A stretch of 60,620 nucleotides of DNA, filler included. It is 6 parts of 6 records of this genome, joined end to end, with 100 filler letters (N's around TTAATTAATTAA, not from the genome) between each part and the next. Parts side by side here need not be neighbours in the genome. Positions count along the whole stretch, not along the records: positions 46,936 to 60,620 come from SRR2962707_5579; 5 more parts are not named here. One strand, written 5' to 3'. The position numbers and the translations under genes are program-made. The notes under the pieces were generated by a model. That model was not told the origin of the DNA. It saw nothing but the letters and a program-made list of their open reading frames with translations, and searched no databases. Positions 53,574 to 60,620 of the stretch are shown here, piece by piece (the first letter of the stretch is position 1; every line of letters begins with the position of its first letter).

Positions 53574-54149
53574 TCAATGCATCGTCATTTCGCCGCCATC
53601 TTCCTCGAGGCTGCGCCGCAACCGCGAGAATGCCAGGCGTATGCGGGATTTGACGGTGCCCAGCGGCAAACCGGTATCCTCGGCAATCTGACTGTGCGAC
53701 CGCCCCAGGAAAAATGCCTGCTTGACCAGCAGCGCCTGTTCCTCGGGAAGATCGAGCATCGCCTTGCGAACCCGCTCGTCACGTTCTTCGGCCTCGATAA
53801 TGTCGTCTGCCGATTCGGGCTGCGAAGGCTGCAAGGCCGGATCATCCGCATCAAGCAGCGCCGACTTATCGCGGCGGAACGCATCGATCCGCCGATTGCG
53901 TGCGATTCTGAACAGCCAGGTCGACAGGGAGGATTTAACCGGATCAAACAAATCCGCCTTGTGCCAGAGCACGATCATGACCTCCTGGGTCAATTCTTCC
54001 GCCTGTCCGGCCTCCATGCCGAGCCGCAGCAGATAGGATTTGATTCGCGGTGCGAAATAATCGAACAATTCCGCAAATGCCGTCTGATCCCGCCTTTTGG
54101 CGACCGCCGAGGCGAGCCGGGCAAGCCGCTCTTTCATCTCATTCGACAT
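53574..54149 (-). CDS. ECF sigma factor (Rhodobacter RpoE-like)
   Basis: AFAELFDYFAPRIK, TWLFRIARNRRID, PLGTVKSRIRLA. Confidence 0.9.
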   Translation of the reverse strand: MSNEMKERLARLASAVAKRRDQTAFAELFDYFAPRIKSYLLRLGMEAGQAEELTQEVMIVLWHKADLFDPVKSSLSTWLFRIARNRRIDAFRRDKSALLDADDPALQPSQPESADDIIEAEERDERVRKAMLDLPEEQALLVKQAFFLGRSHSQIAEDTGLPLGTVKSRIRLAFSRLRRSLEEDGGEMTMH

Positions 54150-54441
54150 TAACTGCGCGCAACCCCGTGAACTCCCTGCGATCAGCCGCCGCCATGCAGC
54201 CAATATATCAACACGTACAACGGAATCCATAAAGGTCAAACTGTTGCCGGATTCACGTTGTTACAAAAGGTGAGTAAGGGACGTGCCGCCCCGCAGCGGG
54301 ACATGTTAAGTGGCTTTCTGCGGGATTTATTGACGGTTTGGTAACCAGGATTAAGTCAAAATGAATCAATCACCTCGCAATCAGCGGGAAATGTCACCGC
54401 CCACAGCGCGTGACACAGGACCACGAACCGGTAGGAAAGCC

Positions 54442-54945
54442 ATGTTTGGGAAGACAATCGCAACCGCAGTGACGGCGCTATTCGCATTGACCGCCGCCGC
54501 GGCGGCGCAATCGCCCACCAGGATCCAGCAGTTTGATGCCTGGGGGGCTTACTCGTACAATTCAGCGGGGGGCAAGGTCTGCTATGTCCTTTCGGTGCCG
54601 ACCAGTTCTGCGCCGGCCAATGTCGATCACGGCGACATCTTTTTTCTCATCTCGCAACGGCCTGGCCAGAATGTCAGCTATGAGCCGCAGGCGATGATGG
54701 GGTATCCGCTGCAGGAATCCTCAAAGATCCAGGTCAACATCGATGGCCGCGATTTCACCCTGTTTACCCGGGGCAACTCGGCATGGGTGGAAAATGCAGC
54801 CCAGGAACCGCAACTGGTCGCAGCCATGAAAGCGGGCACTGCAATGTCGGTCAAGGCAACCTCACGCCGCGGCACGGCAACCTCCTACAGCTACTCGCTC
54901 AAGGGCGTGACAGCTGCACTGAATCAGATCTCCAGCTGCAATTGA
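54442..54945 (+). CDS. Invasion-associated locus B family periplasmic protein
   Basis: Signal peptide; FDAWGAY...CY; AMKAG...YSLKGVTAAL...C. Confidence 0.82.
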   Translation: MFGKTIATAVTALFALTAAAAAQSPTRIQQFDAWGAYSYNSAGGKVCYVLSVPTSSAPANVDHGDIFFLISQRPGQNVSYEPQAMMGYPLQESSKIQVNIDGRDFTLFTRGNSAWVENAAQEPQLVAAMKAGTAMSVKATSRRGTATSYSYSLKGVTAALNQISSCN

Positions 54946-54969
54946 TGAACTTTGGCAGTAAACAAGCAT

Positions 54970-54996
54970 GAAGAGACCGGGGACCCCGGTCTCTTC
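54970..54996. terminator. Perfect 13-bp inverted repeat, probable terminator
   Basis: GAAGAGACCGGGG-A-CCCCGGTCTCTTC. Confidence 0.7.
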
Positions 54997-55034
54997 TCTG
55001 TGCATGATAGCGCATCTATCGATTGATCAACTCA

Positions 55035-55047
55035 ATACCCTGGGTAT
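55035..55047. promoter_or_regulatory. Probable TetR autoregulatory operator
   Basis: ATACCC-T-GGGTAT, 8 nt before the TetR ATG. Confidence 0.55.
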
Positions 55048-55055
55048 GTTGCGCC

Positions 55056-55667
55056 ATGAGCACGAAACAGACACTTACGCCTGAAGACTGGATAAACGCC
55101 GCATTCAAGCTGCTGACCAGCTCCGGACCCAAATCAATCCGCGTCGATTTTCTCTGTCGCGAACTGAGCGTGACCAAGGGCTCGTTCTACTGGCATTTCG
55201 CCGATCTGGCAGGCTTGCAGGCAGCAATGGTCGAGCACTGGCGCCGGGTTGCGACAAGCGACGTGATCGCCTCGATGGTTTCGCCGGAACTGACGCCGCG
55301 CGATCTGTTCATCAGGTTCATTGAAAACATCCTGCACGTTTCACCGGGTGAATTTGGCGGGCCGATGACCGAGGTCGCGATCCGCCACTGGGCGGCCGGC
55401 GATGAGACTGTCCAGTCCGTGGTGCGCGACGCCGACAACGAACGGCTGACATTTCTGACCCTGCAGATGCGGGGCGCCGGACTGACGGGACCTGAAGCCC
55501 GGTCCCGCGCAACGCTGATTTACGCGACCCTCGTCGGCCTCAAGCAATTGACCGGCGAACCGGCACTGCCGCGCATGGACATCCCGGGGTTCGTCGACGC
55601 AATGCTGAGCCCGGCGACCCTTGCCGCGCCTGCACCAGTGATAGAACCGCAACTGGAAACCGTGTAA
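55056..55667 (+). CDS. TetR/AcrR family regulator
   Basis: LCRELSVTKGSFYWHF HTH. Confidence 0.9.
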   Translation: MSTKQTLTPEDWINAAFKLLTSSGPKSIRVDFLCRELSVTKGSFYWHFADLAGLQAAMVEHWRRVATSDVIASMVSPELTPRDLFIRFIENILHVSPGEFGGPMTEVAIRHWAAGDETVQSVVRDADNERLTFLTLQMRGAGLTGPEARSRATLIYATLVGLKQLTGEPALPRMDIPGFVDAMLSPATLAAPAPVIEPQLETV

Positions 55668-55668
55668 G

Positions 55669-56373
55669 TCACATTGGGTGTGCGATGGCTGGCTGGTTCG
55701 CCTCCCAGCGGTTCAGATCCGGCCAGATCTCCCTCAGCGCATCACCCTTGCCGACAAAATCCTGATCCAGCGGACGGCATCCATAAATCCGGTCAGTTCG
55801 GAAGTGCCTGAAACCGGCCCTTAACTCGCACCAGCACGCCAGCATCACGCATTCCAGGTGATAGACCAGCGCCAGCGGCCGCACCGTTCTGACCGTGCGG
55901 CAACTCTGTTCGTCATGATAGGTGAGTTCGAGCTTGCGCTCGTTGCGGATCGCATCGCGCAGTGTTGAGAACTGCACACACCCCTTCGCCGGATCATCCA
56001 GCTTGGCGCCCCAGGGCGCCACCTGCAGCCAGTCCGCCGGACCATGCAACGCGTCGATCTTTTCATGGATCCGCCGGGCGGCCCGCAGCAAGGCACTGTC
56101 ACCGGTACGCGACAGCAGCGCCAAGCCCACCCTGAGTGCCTCGATTTCCTCAAGGTCGAAATTGAGCGGTGGCAGATTGTAACCCTTGCGCATCACATAG
56201 CCGATGCCCGGCTCGCCCTCGATTGGCGTGCTCATCATCTGCAACGCGGCAATATCGCGGTAGATCGTCCGCGTCGAAACTTCCATCTGCTTTGCCAGCG
56301 CATCTGCCGTCATCGGCCGGATGGCAGCACGCAGGATCTGGATGATTTCGAACAGGCGGTTTGATCGGCGCAT
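55669..56373 (-). CDS. YafY-like wHTH-WYL transcriptional regulator
   Basis: MRRSNRLFEIIQ, VSTRTIYRDI, RTVRPLAL, WCELRAGFRHFRTDRI. Confidence 0.92.
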   Translation of the reverse strand: MRRSNRLFEIIQILRAAIRPMTADALAKQMEVSTRTIYRDIAALQMMSTPIEGEPGIGYVMRKGYNLPPLNFDLEEIEALRVGLALLSRTGDSALLRAARRIHEKIDALHGPADWLQVAPWGAKLDDPAKGCVQFSTLRDAIRNERKLELTYHDEQSCRTVRTVRPLALVYHLECVMLACWCELRAGFRHFRTDRIYGCRPLDQDFVGKGDALREIWPDLNRWEANQPAIAHPM

Positions 56374-56417
56374 TGGCAAAGGTCCCTGAAGCACTGCTGA
56401 CACTCTACCACCATCTC

Positions 56418-56435
56418 CTGACAACAGGGTGTCAG
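56418..56435. promoter_or_regulatory. Palindromic operator, probable WYL-regulator site
   Basis: CTGACA-N6-TGTCAG; extra half-site CTGCTGACA at 56394-56402. Confidence 0.65.
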
Positions 56436-56473
56436 CAGACTCGTGGCTTGATGGTCCCAGAGAGGACCAGACC

Positions 56474-56716
56474 ATGAGCTATTACGATCACGCAACAATG
56501 ATGGCCCACAAGCTTGGGCCATGGGCAGATGACAGGATCGAGCAAGCGGAAATGAGAGCCCGGCTGACCAGAGTTGAGGGCGCTGCAGTCTTGCCTTCGA
56601 TCAGGACCATGCTCAGCAAGTTTCGCTCCACCCTGTCTGCGCGGAAGGCCAAGGCGGAGTCCGCCGATCAAGTAACCGTGCTGTGCGCAGATGGTGACGC
56701 GCTGCGGAAAACCTGA
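56474..56716 (+). CDS. Small hypothetical protein (80 aa)
   Basis: AGAGGA RBS; MSYYDHATMMAHKLGPW...; divergent from the WYL gene. Confidence 0.7.
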   Translation: MSYYDHATMMAHKLGPWADDRIEQAEMRARLTRVEGAAVLPSIRTMLSKFRSTLSARKAKAESADQVTVLCADGDALRKT

Positions 56717-56859
56717 TAAAGCGCATGCTTACCGCATCGGCACGACCTCGGAAATCGCTTTTCTGTGAGCGCCATGCGCAGTTTTTCAAGATTTAGAGCA
56801 CCCCTTGTGCGCCCGGTTGGGTGCAGTAGTGCCCTAACAAAAAAGAGCTCCGGTTTCTG

Positions 56860-58131
56860 ATGCCTGCCACAATCGACCTGACAGACCCTTCCGCACGTCC
56901 CGCGCCTTCAGCCAAAGCGGCGCCAACGCCCGCAAATGCAACGGCGCTCGACGGCAAGCCGACGCTCATCGGCATGAGCCGTGAAGAGATGGTAGCCGCC
57001 ATGGCCGACGCCGGCGTGCCTGAAAAACAGCGCAAGATGCGGGTCAACCAGATCTGGCATTGGCTTTACGTGCGCGGATCTTCCGATTTCGCCGACATGC
57101 ACACGATCTCGCGCGAGCTGCGCGAAAATCTCGCTTCGCGCTACACCATCGCCCGCCCCGAGATCGTCGAAGAGCAGATTTCCAATGACGGCACCCGCAA
57201 ATGGCTGATGCGCTTTCCACCGCGCGGAGCCGGCCGGCCGGTCGAGGTCGAGACCGTCTACATTCCCGAAGAAGGTCGCGGCACGCTGTGCATTTCCAGC
57301 CAGGTCGGCTGCACATTGACCTGCACCTTCTGCCACACTGGAACCCAGAAGCTGGTGCGCAACCTGACCGCCGAAGAGATCCTGTCGCAGTTGCTCGTCG
57401 CCCGCGACCGGCTGGGCGATTTCCCGCACAGGGACACGCCGCAAGGCGCCATCGTGCCGTCGGAAGGCCGCAAGGTCACCAACATTGTCATGATGGGTAT
57501 GGGCGAGCCGCTTTACAATTTCGATCACGTCAAACAAGCGCTGTTGATTGCCTCGGATGGCGACGGCTTGGCCCTGTCGCGTCGCCGCATCACGCTCTCG
57601 ACCTCTGGTGTGGTGCCGGGCATCGTCCGCACCGGCGAGGAAATCGGCGTCATGCTGGCGATTTCACTGCACGCCGTGCGCGATGAATTACGTGATGAGC
57701 TGGTGCCGATCAACAAGAAGTACCCGCTCAAGGAACTGCTCGAGGCCTGCCGCACCTATCCCGGCGTCTCCAATGCGCGTCGCATCACGTTTGAATATGT
57801 GATGCTCAAGGGCGTCAATGACAGCCTTTCCGACGCCAAGGAACTGGTGCGCCTGCTCAAAGGCATCCCGGCCAAGATAAATCTTATTCCGTTCAACCCC
57901 TGGCCCGGTTCGGCCTACGAGTGCTCGGATTGGGAGACGATTGAAACCTTCGCCGATTTCGTCAACGCCAATGGCTATGCCTCACCGATCCGCACACCGC
58001 GCGGACGCGACATTCTCGCCGCCTGCGGCCAGCTCAAGAGCGAATCCGAACGCATGCGCAAGAAGGATCGCGACGAGCTGGAGAACATGGCCCTGCAGGC
58101 GATAATGATCTCCGGCCACGGCGCAGACTGA
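56860..58131 (+). CDS. rlmN: Dual-specificity rRNA/tRNA methyltransferase RlmN
   Basis: [37 protein letters not shown]. Confidence 0.97.
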   Translation: MPATIDLTDPSARPAPSAKAAPTPANATALDGKPTLIGMSREEMVAAMADAGVPEKQRKMRVNQIWHWLYVRGSSDFADMHTISRELRENLASRYTIARPEIVEEQISNDGTRKWLMRFPPRGAGRPVEVETVYIPEEGRGTLCISSQVGCTLTCTFCHTGTQKLVRNLTAEEILSQLLVARDRLGDFPHRDTPQGAIVPSEGRKVTNIVMMGMGEPLYNFDHVKQALLIASDGDGLALSRRRITLSTSGVVPGIVRTGEEIGVMLAISLHAVRDELRDELVPINKKYPLKELLEACRTYPGVSNARRITFEYVMLKGVNDSLSDAKELVRLLKGIPAKINLIPFNPWPGSAYECSDWETIETFADFVNANGYASPIRTPRGRDILAACGQLKSESERMRKKDRDELENMALQAIMISGHGAD

Positions 58132-58139
58132 CACCTCCA

Positions 58140-58631
58140 ATGAGCGATATTCTCCGCCTGCTCGTCCGGATGTTTGCCATTACCTTCGGCTTTTTCATCG
58201 GCTGCCTTGCGGCAGGATTGGCCTATGCCTTTCTCGCCCGGCTGATCCGGCCCGAGGATTTCGGCCGTTTCAGCGAGCTTGAACTCACCGTGACATTGGT
58301 GGTCGGCGTTCTCGGCGTAGCAAGCCTGTTTGCCCGGGCGGCGCTTGTGCCGGCCTTCATCATCATCGCGATCTTCGAGTTCTGGCGGCGGCGCGACTGG
58401 CTGAGCCATGCGCTGGCCGGTGGCGCGATTGCATTGGCCGCTGCAAGCCTGCCGCTGGCCATAGGCACGGATCCCGCAACACCTATCGAGCCCGCCCAAC
58501 TGATCGCCATCCACGTTGCCTGCGGCATCATCGGCGCCAGCATCTATTGGCTCTTCGCCGGACGCAATGCCGGTCGCTGGCTGCCAAGCGAGCGTGCGAG
58601 ACCCTCGGATAGTGCCGATATCGACAGCTGA
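58140..58631 (+). CDS. Hypothetical membrane protein
   Basis: 4-5 TM helices; ends YWLFAGRNAG. Confidence 0.75.
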   Translation: MSDILRLLVRMFAITFGFFIGCLAAGLAYAFLARLIRPEDFGRFSELELTVTLVVGVLGVASLFARAALVPAFIIIAIFEFWRRRDWLSHALAGGAIALAAASLPLAIGTDPATPIEPAQLIAIHVACGIIGASIYWLFAGRNAGRWLPSERARPSDSADIDS

Positions 58632-59273
58632 TCAGCGGCTCTGGGCCAGCAGGATCTTGAGAGCGAAAATCGAGAACACCGAGGCAAAGACATAATCGAC
58701 AATCCGCATCACCTGCGGCTTGCGCTTGAGCCAGCCTGCAAGTCCGTGCGCACCCAGCACGATGCCGATGACGATAGGCGTCGAAACCACCACGAAGAAC
58801 ATGCCGAGAAAGATCAGCTTGCCGGTGATGTGCGGATCCGAAGCGGAAACAAATTGCGGCAGGAAGGTCATGAAAAACAGGATGATCTTCGGGTTGAGCA
58901 GATTGACCCCGAGCCCCTGCGCCCAATTCGCCATGACTCCGCGTCCGGACGGACCCGAGACCGGCAGTGTCAGGCTCGATCCCTTGCGGATCGCCTGGAT
59001 CGCCAGCCACAACAGATAAGCAGCCCCCACCGCCTTGAGCGCGAAAAACGCTGTGGGCGACGCCACCACCAGCGCCGACAGCCCCAGCGCCACCATCAGC
59101 GTGTGCACCGTGATCCCGCTCATCGCACCGGCGACACAGGCAAACCCCGCCGCACGCCCGTCAGACAATGCGCGCGAGACAAACAGCGTCATGTCCGGCC
59201 CGGGCGTGATCGCCAGCACGATCGATGCCGCGAAAAAGGCAAGCAGGGTGGCAACGTCTGGGATGAAGGTCAT
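58632..59273 (-). CDS. LysE/RhtB family exporter
   Basis: ITPGPDM, GAAYLLWL, NLLNPK. Confidence 0.9.
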   Translation of the reverse strand: MTFIPDVATLLAFFAASIVLAITPGPDMTLFVSRALSDGRAAGFACVAGAMSGITVHTLMVALGLSALVVASPTAFFALKAVGAAYLLWLAIQAIRKGSSLTLPVSGPSGRGVMANWAQGLGVNLLNPKIILFFMTFLPQFVSASDPHITGKLIFLGMFFVVVSTPIVIGIVLGAHGLAGWLKRKPQVMRIVDYVFASVFSIFALKILLAQSR

Positions 59274-59410
59274 GAACAGCTCTGTGGCTCGGAACAGCGA
59301 TGCGGGATTTGTAGGCTGGTTTGGCCGGGCTGCCAATCATTTCATGGGATCGGCAGCCCCTTGTTCATCCGTTGGCGACGCCCGACAGTTCCCGGCGCTT
59401 GCCTATTGCT

Positions 59411-60274
59411 TCACATACGCCGGAATTTCTCCGCCCACTCCGGATGCCAGCGCGACAGTGGCGGACGGTTTTCGGTGATGTCACCGGCCGCCCAGGCGAT
59501 GCGCTTTTCGTCCGTGGCGCGGTCGACATCATTGTCCGGGCACAGAATGTAGAAATCGCCCTTCTCCAGGCTCTCCATCATGAAGTCGACCGTCTGTTCC
59601 GGCGTCCAGGCTGCCTCAGGCTTGTCGGGTCGGCCCCTGGCCGTCAGCGGCGTGTAGACAAAGCCCGGAATCAGCAGATGCGCGCTGACTTTGCAGCCCT
59701 CGGTGTTGCGCAGCTCGTGTTCAAGCGCTTCGGTAAAAGCCTTCACCCCGGCCTTGGCGACATTGTAGGCCGGATCGCCCGGCGGCGTGGTGATACCCTG
59801 CTTCGATCCGGTGTTGATGATCATCGCAGGCTCGCCATGCGCGATCATCTTTGGCCCGAACAAGCGGGTTCCATGAATGATACCCATGAGATTAACGGTG
59901 AGCACACTGTCCCAGTTTGCCCGCGGTCCGAACAGGCTGCTGCCGGGCTGGATACCGGCATTGTTCATCAGCAGGTGGACATGGCCACATTGCTCAACGA
60001 CAGACCTTTCCAGAGCGGTTACGGCATCAAGGTCGCTGACATCGGTCTTGATCGAAACAATATCGGTGGCAGGATTTGCCGCATTTGCCGCATCTGCCGC
60101 CTCTGCCGCCACAGCCTTTTCGGCTTGAGCAAGCTTGTCCCCGTCATTGTCGACCAGAACGACGCGCATGCCGCGCCCGGCAAAGGTTTTCGCCGCGGCC
60201 AGGCCGATGCCGGAGGCCGCCCCGGTGACAACAGCGACCTTGCCTTTGGCCATTACCGATTGCAGATCAGCCAT
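59411..60274 (-). CDS. SDR-family oxidoreductase
   Basis: TGAASGIG, NNAG, YNVAK. Confidence 0.9.
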   Translation of the reverse strand: MADLQSVMAKGKVAVVTGAASGIGLAAAKTFAGRGMRVVLVDNDGDKLAQAEKAVAAEAADAANAANPATDIVSIKTDVSDLDAVTALERSVVEQCGHVHLLMNNAGIQPGSSLFGPRANWDSVLTVNLMGIIHGTRLFGPKMIAHGEPAMIINTGSKQGITTPPGDPAYNVAKAGVKAFTEALEHELRNTEGCKVSAHLLIPGFVYTPLTARGRPDKPEAAWTPEQTVDFMMESLEKGDFYILCPDNDVDRATDEKRIAWAAGDITENRPPLSRWHPEWAEKFRRM

Positions 60275-60482
60275 ACACGTCTCCTCCCGTGGCATTCAAA
60301 CCCACTCAAAGCGATAGAGCGTGAAACAACACTCCGTCAAACAAAATGCCCGCCTGCGCGCCTCTCCCGAAAGGGCTAACCCTTGCATGGCGCTGCAAAC
60401 CGGCTAAAAGTGCCGCAAAATTCGTGGCCCCCGAAATTCAAAACCCTCTGGGGCAAGGCTTCAAGATAGAAAGACTACAATC

Positions 60483-60620
60483 ATGGCATCGCACAAGGAC
60501 GTCAAGAAAGTCGTTCTCGCCTATTCCGGCGGTCTGGACACTTCGATCATTCTCAAATGGCTGCAGACCGAGTTCGGCGCCGAAGTTGTCACCTTCACCG
60601 CCGATCTCGGCCAGGGCGAA
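60483..60620 (+). CDS. argG: Argininosuccinate synthase, N-terminal part
   Basis: [28 protein letters not shown]...ADLGQGE. Confidence 0.95.
   Translation, partial: MASHKDVKKVVLAYSGGLDTSIILKWLQTEFGAEVVTFTADLGQGE

Noticed and set aside
60073-60110. 9-bp tandem repeats
   Set aside because: In-frame Ala-rich micro-duplication (AEAADAANAAN) within the SDR; no spacers, not CRISPR

Overview
This is not one genome. Six unrelated contigs are joined by 100-nt N/TTAATTAATTAA/N linkers, consistent with a marine protist-plus-Alphaproteobacteria metagenome; all taxon labels below are inferred from gene content and style. (1) 1-9238, Rhodobacteraceae-like: katG/oxyR, putA, DUF6880-like, OmpA-family protein, coxE end. 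(2) 9339-16674, Thalassospira-like: small proteins, a solute-binding protein plus hybrid kinase, a stand-alone FliF-C-terminus-like protein and a QW-motif protein. (3) 16775-26568, eukaryote with GT-AG introns: phosphatase end, serine beta-lactamase-like gene, and a >2000-aa RAMA/bromo-like/PHD/ATXR3-type SET/HMG/CW/Tudor chromatin protein. (4) 26669-36692, Parvibaculum-like: tRNA 3' end, PAS protein, glyoxalase, sirtuin, halohydrin dehalogenase, alpha-glucosidase, low-GC OLD-type nuclease, Moco/XdhC genes. (5) 36793-46835, Devosia-like: CoA transferase, MFS, DctBD-like pair, deazaflavin-dependent reductase, REC-YaiO-HEAT-GT2 operon. (6) 46936-60620, Hoeflea/Rhizobiales-like: ybbAP-tesA, thpR, ECF sigma, WYL regulator, rlmN, argG. 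Best leads are the eukaryotic multi-reader SET protein, the FliF-tail mimic, the YaiO-HEAT-GT2 polysaccharide system and the OLD nuclease islet.
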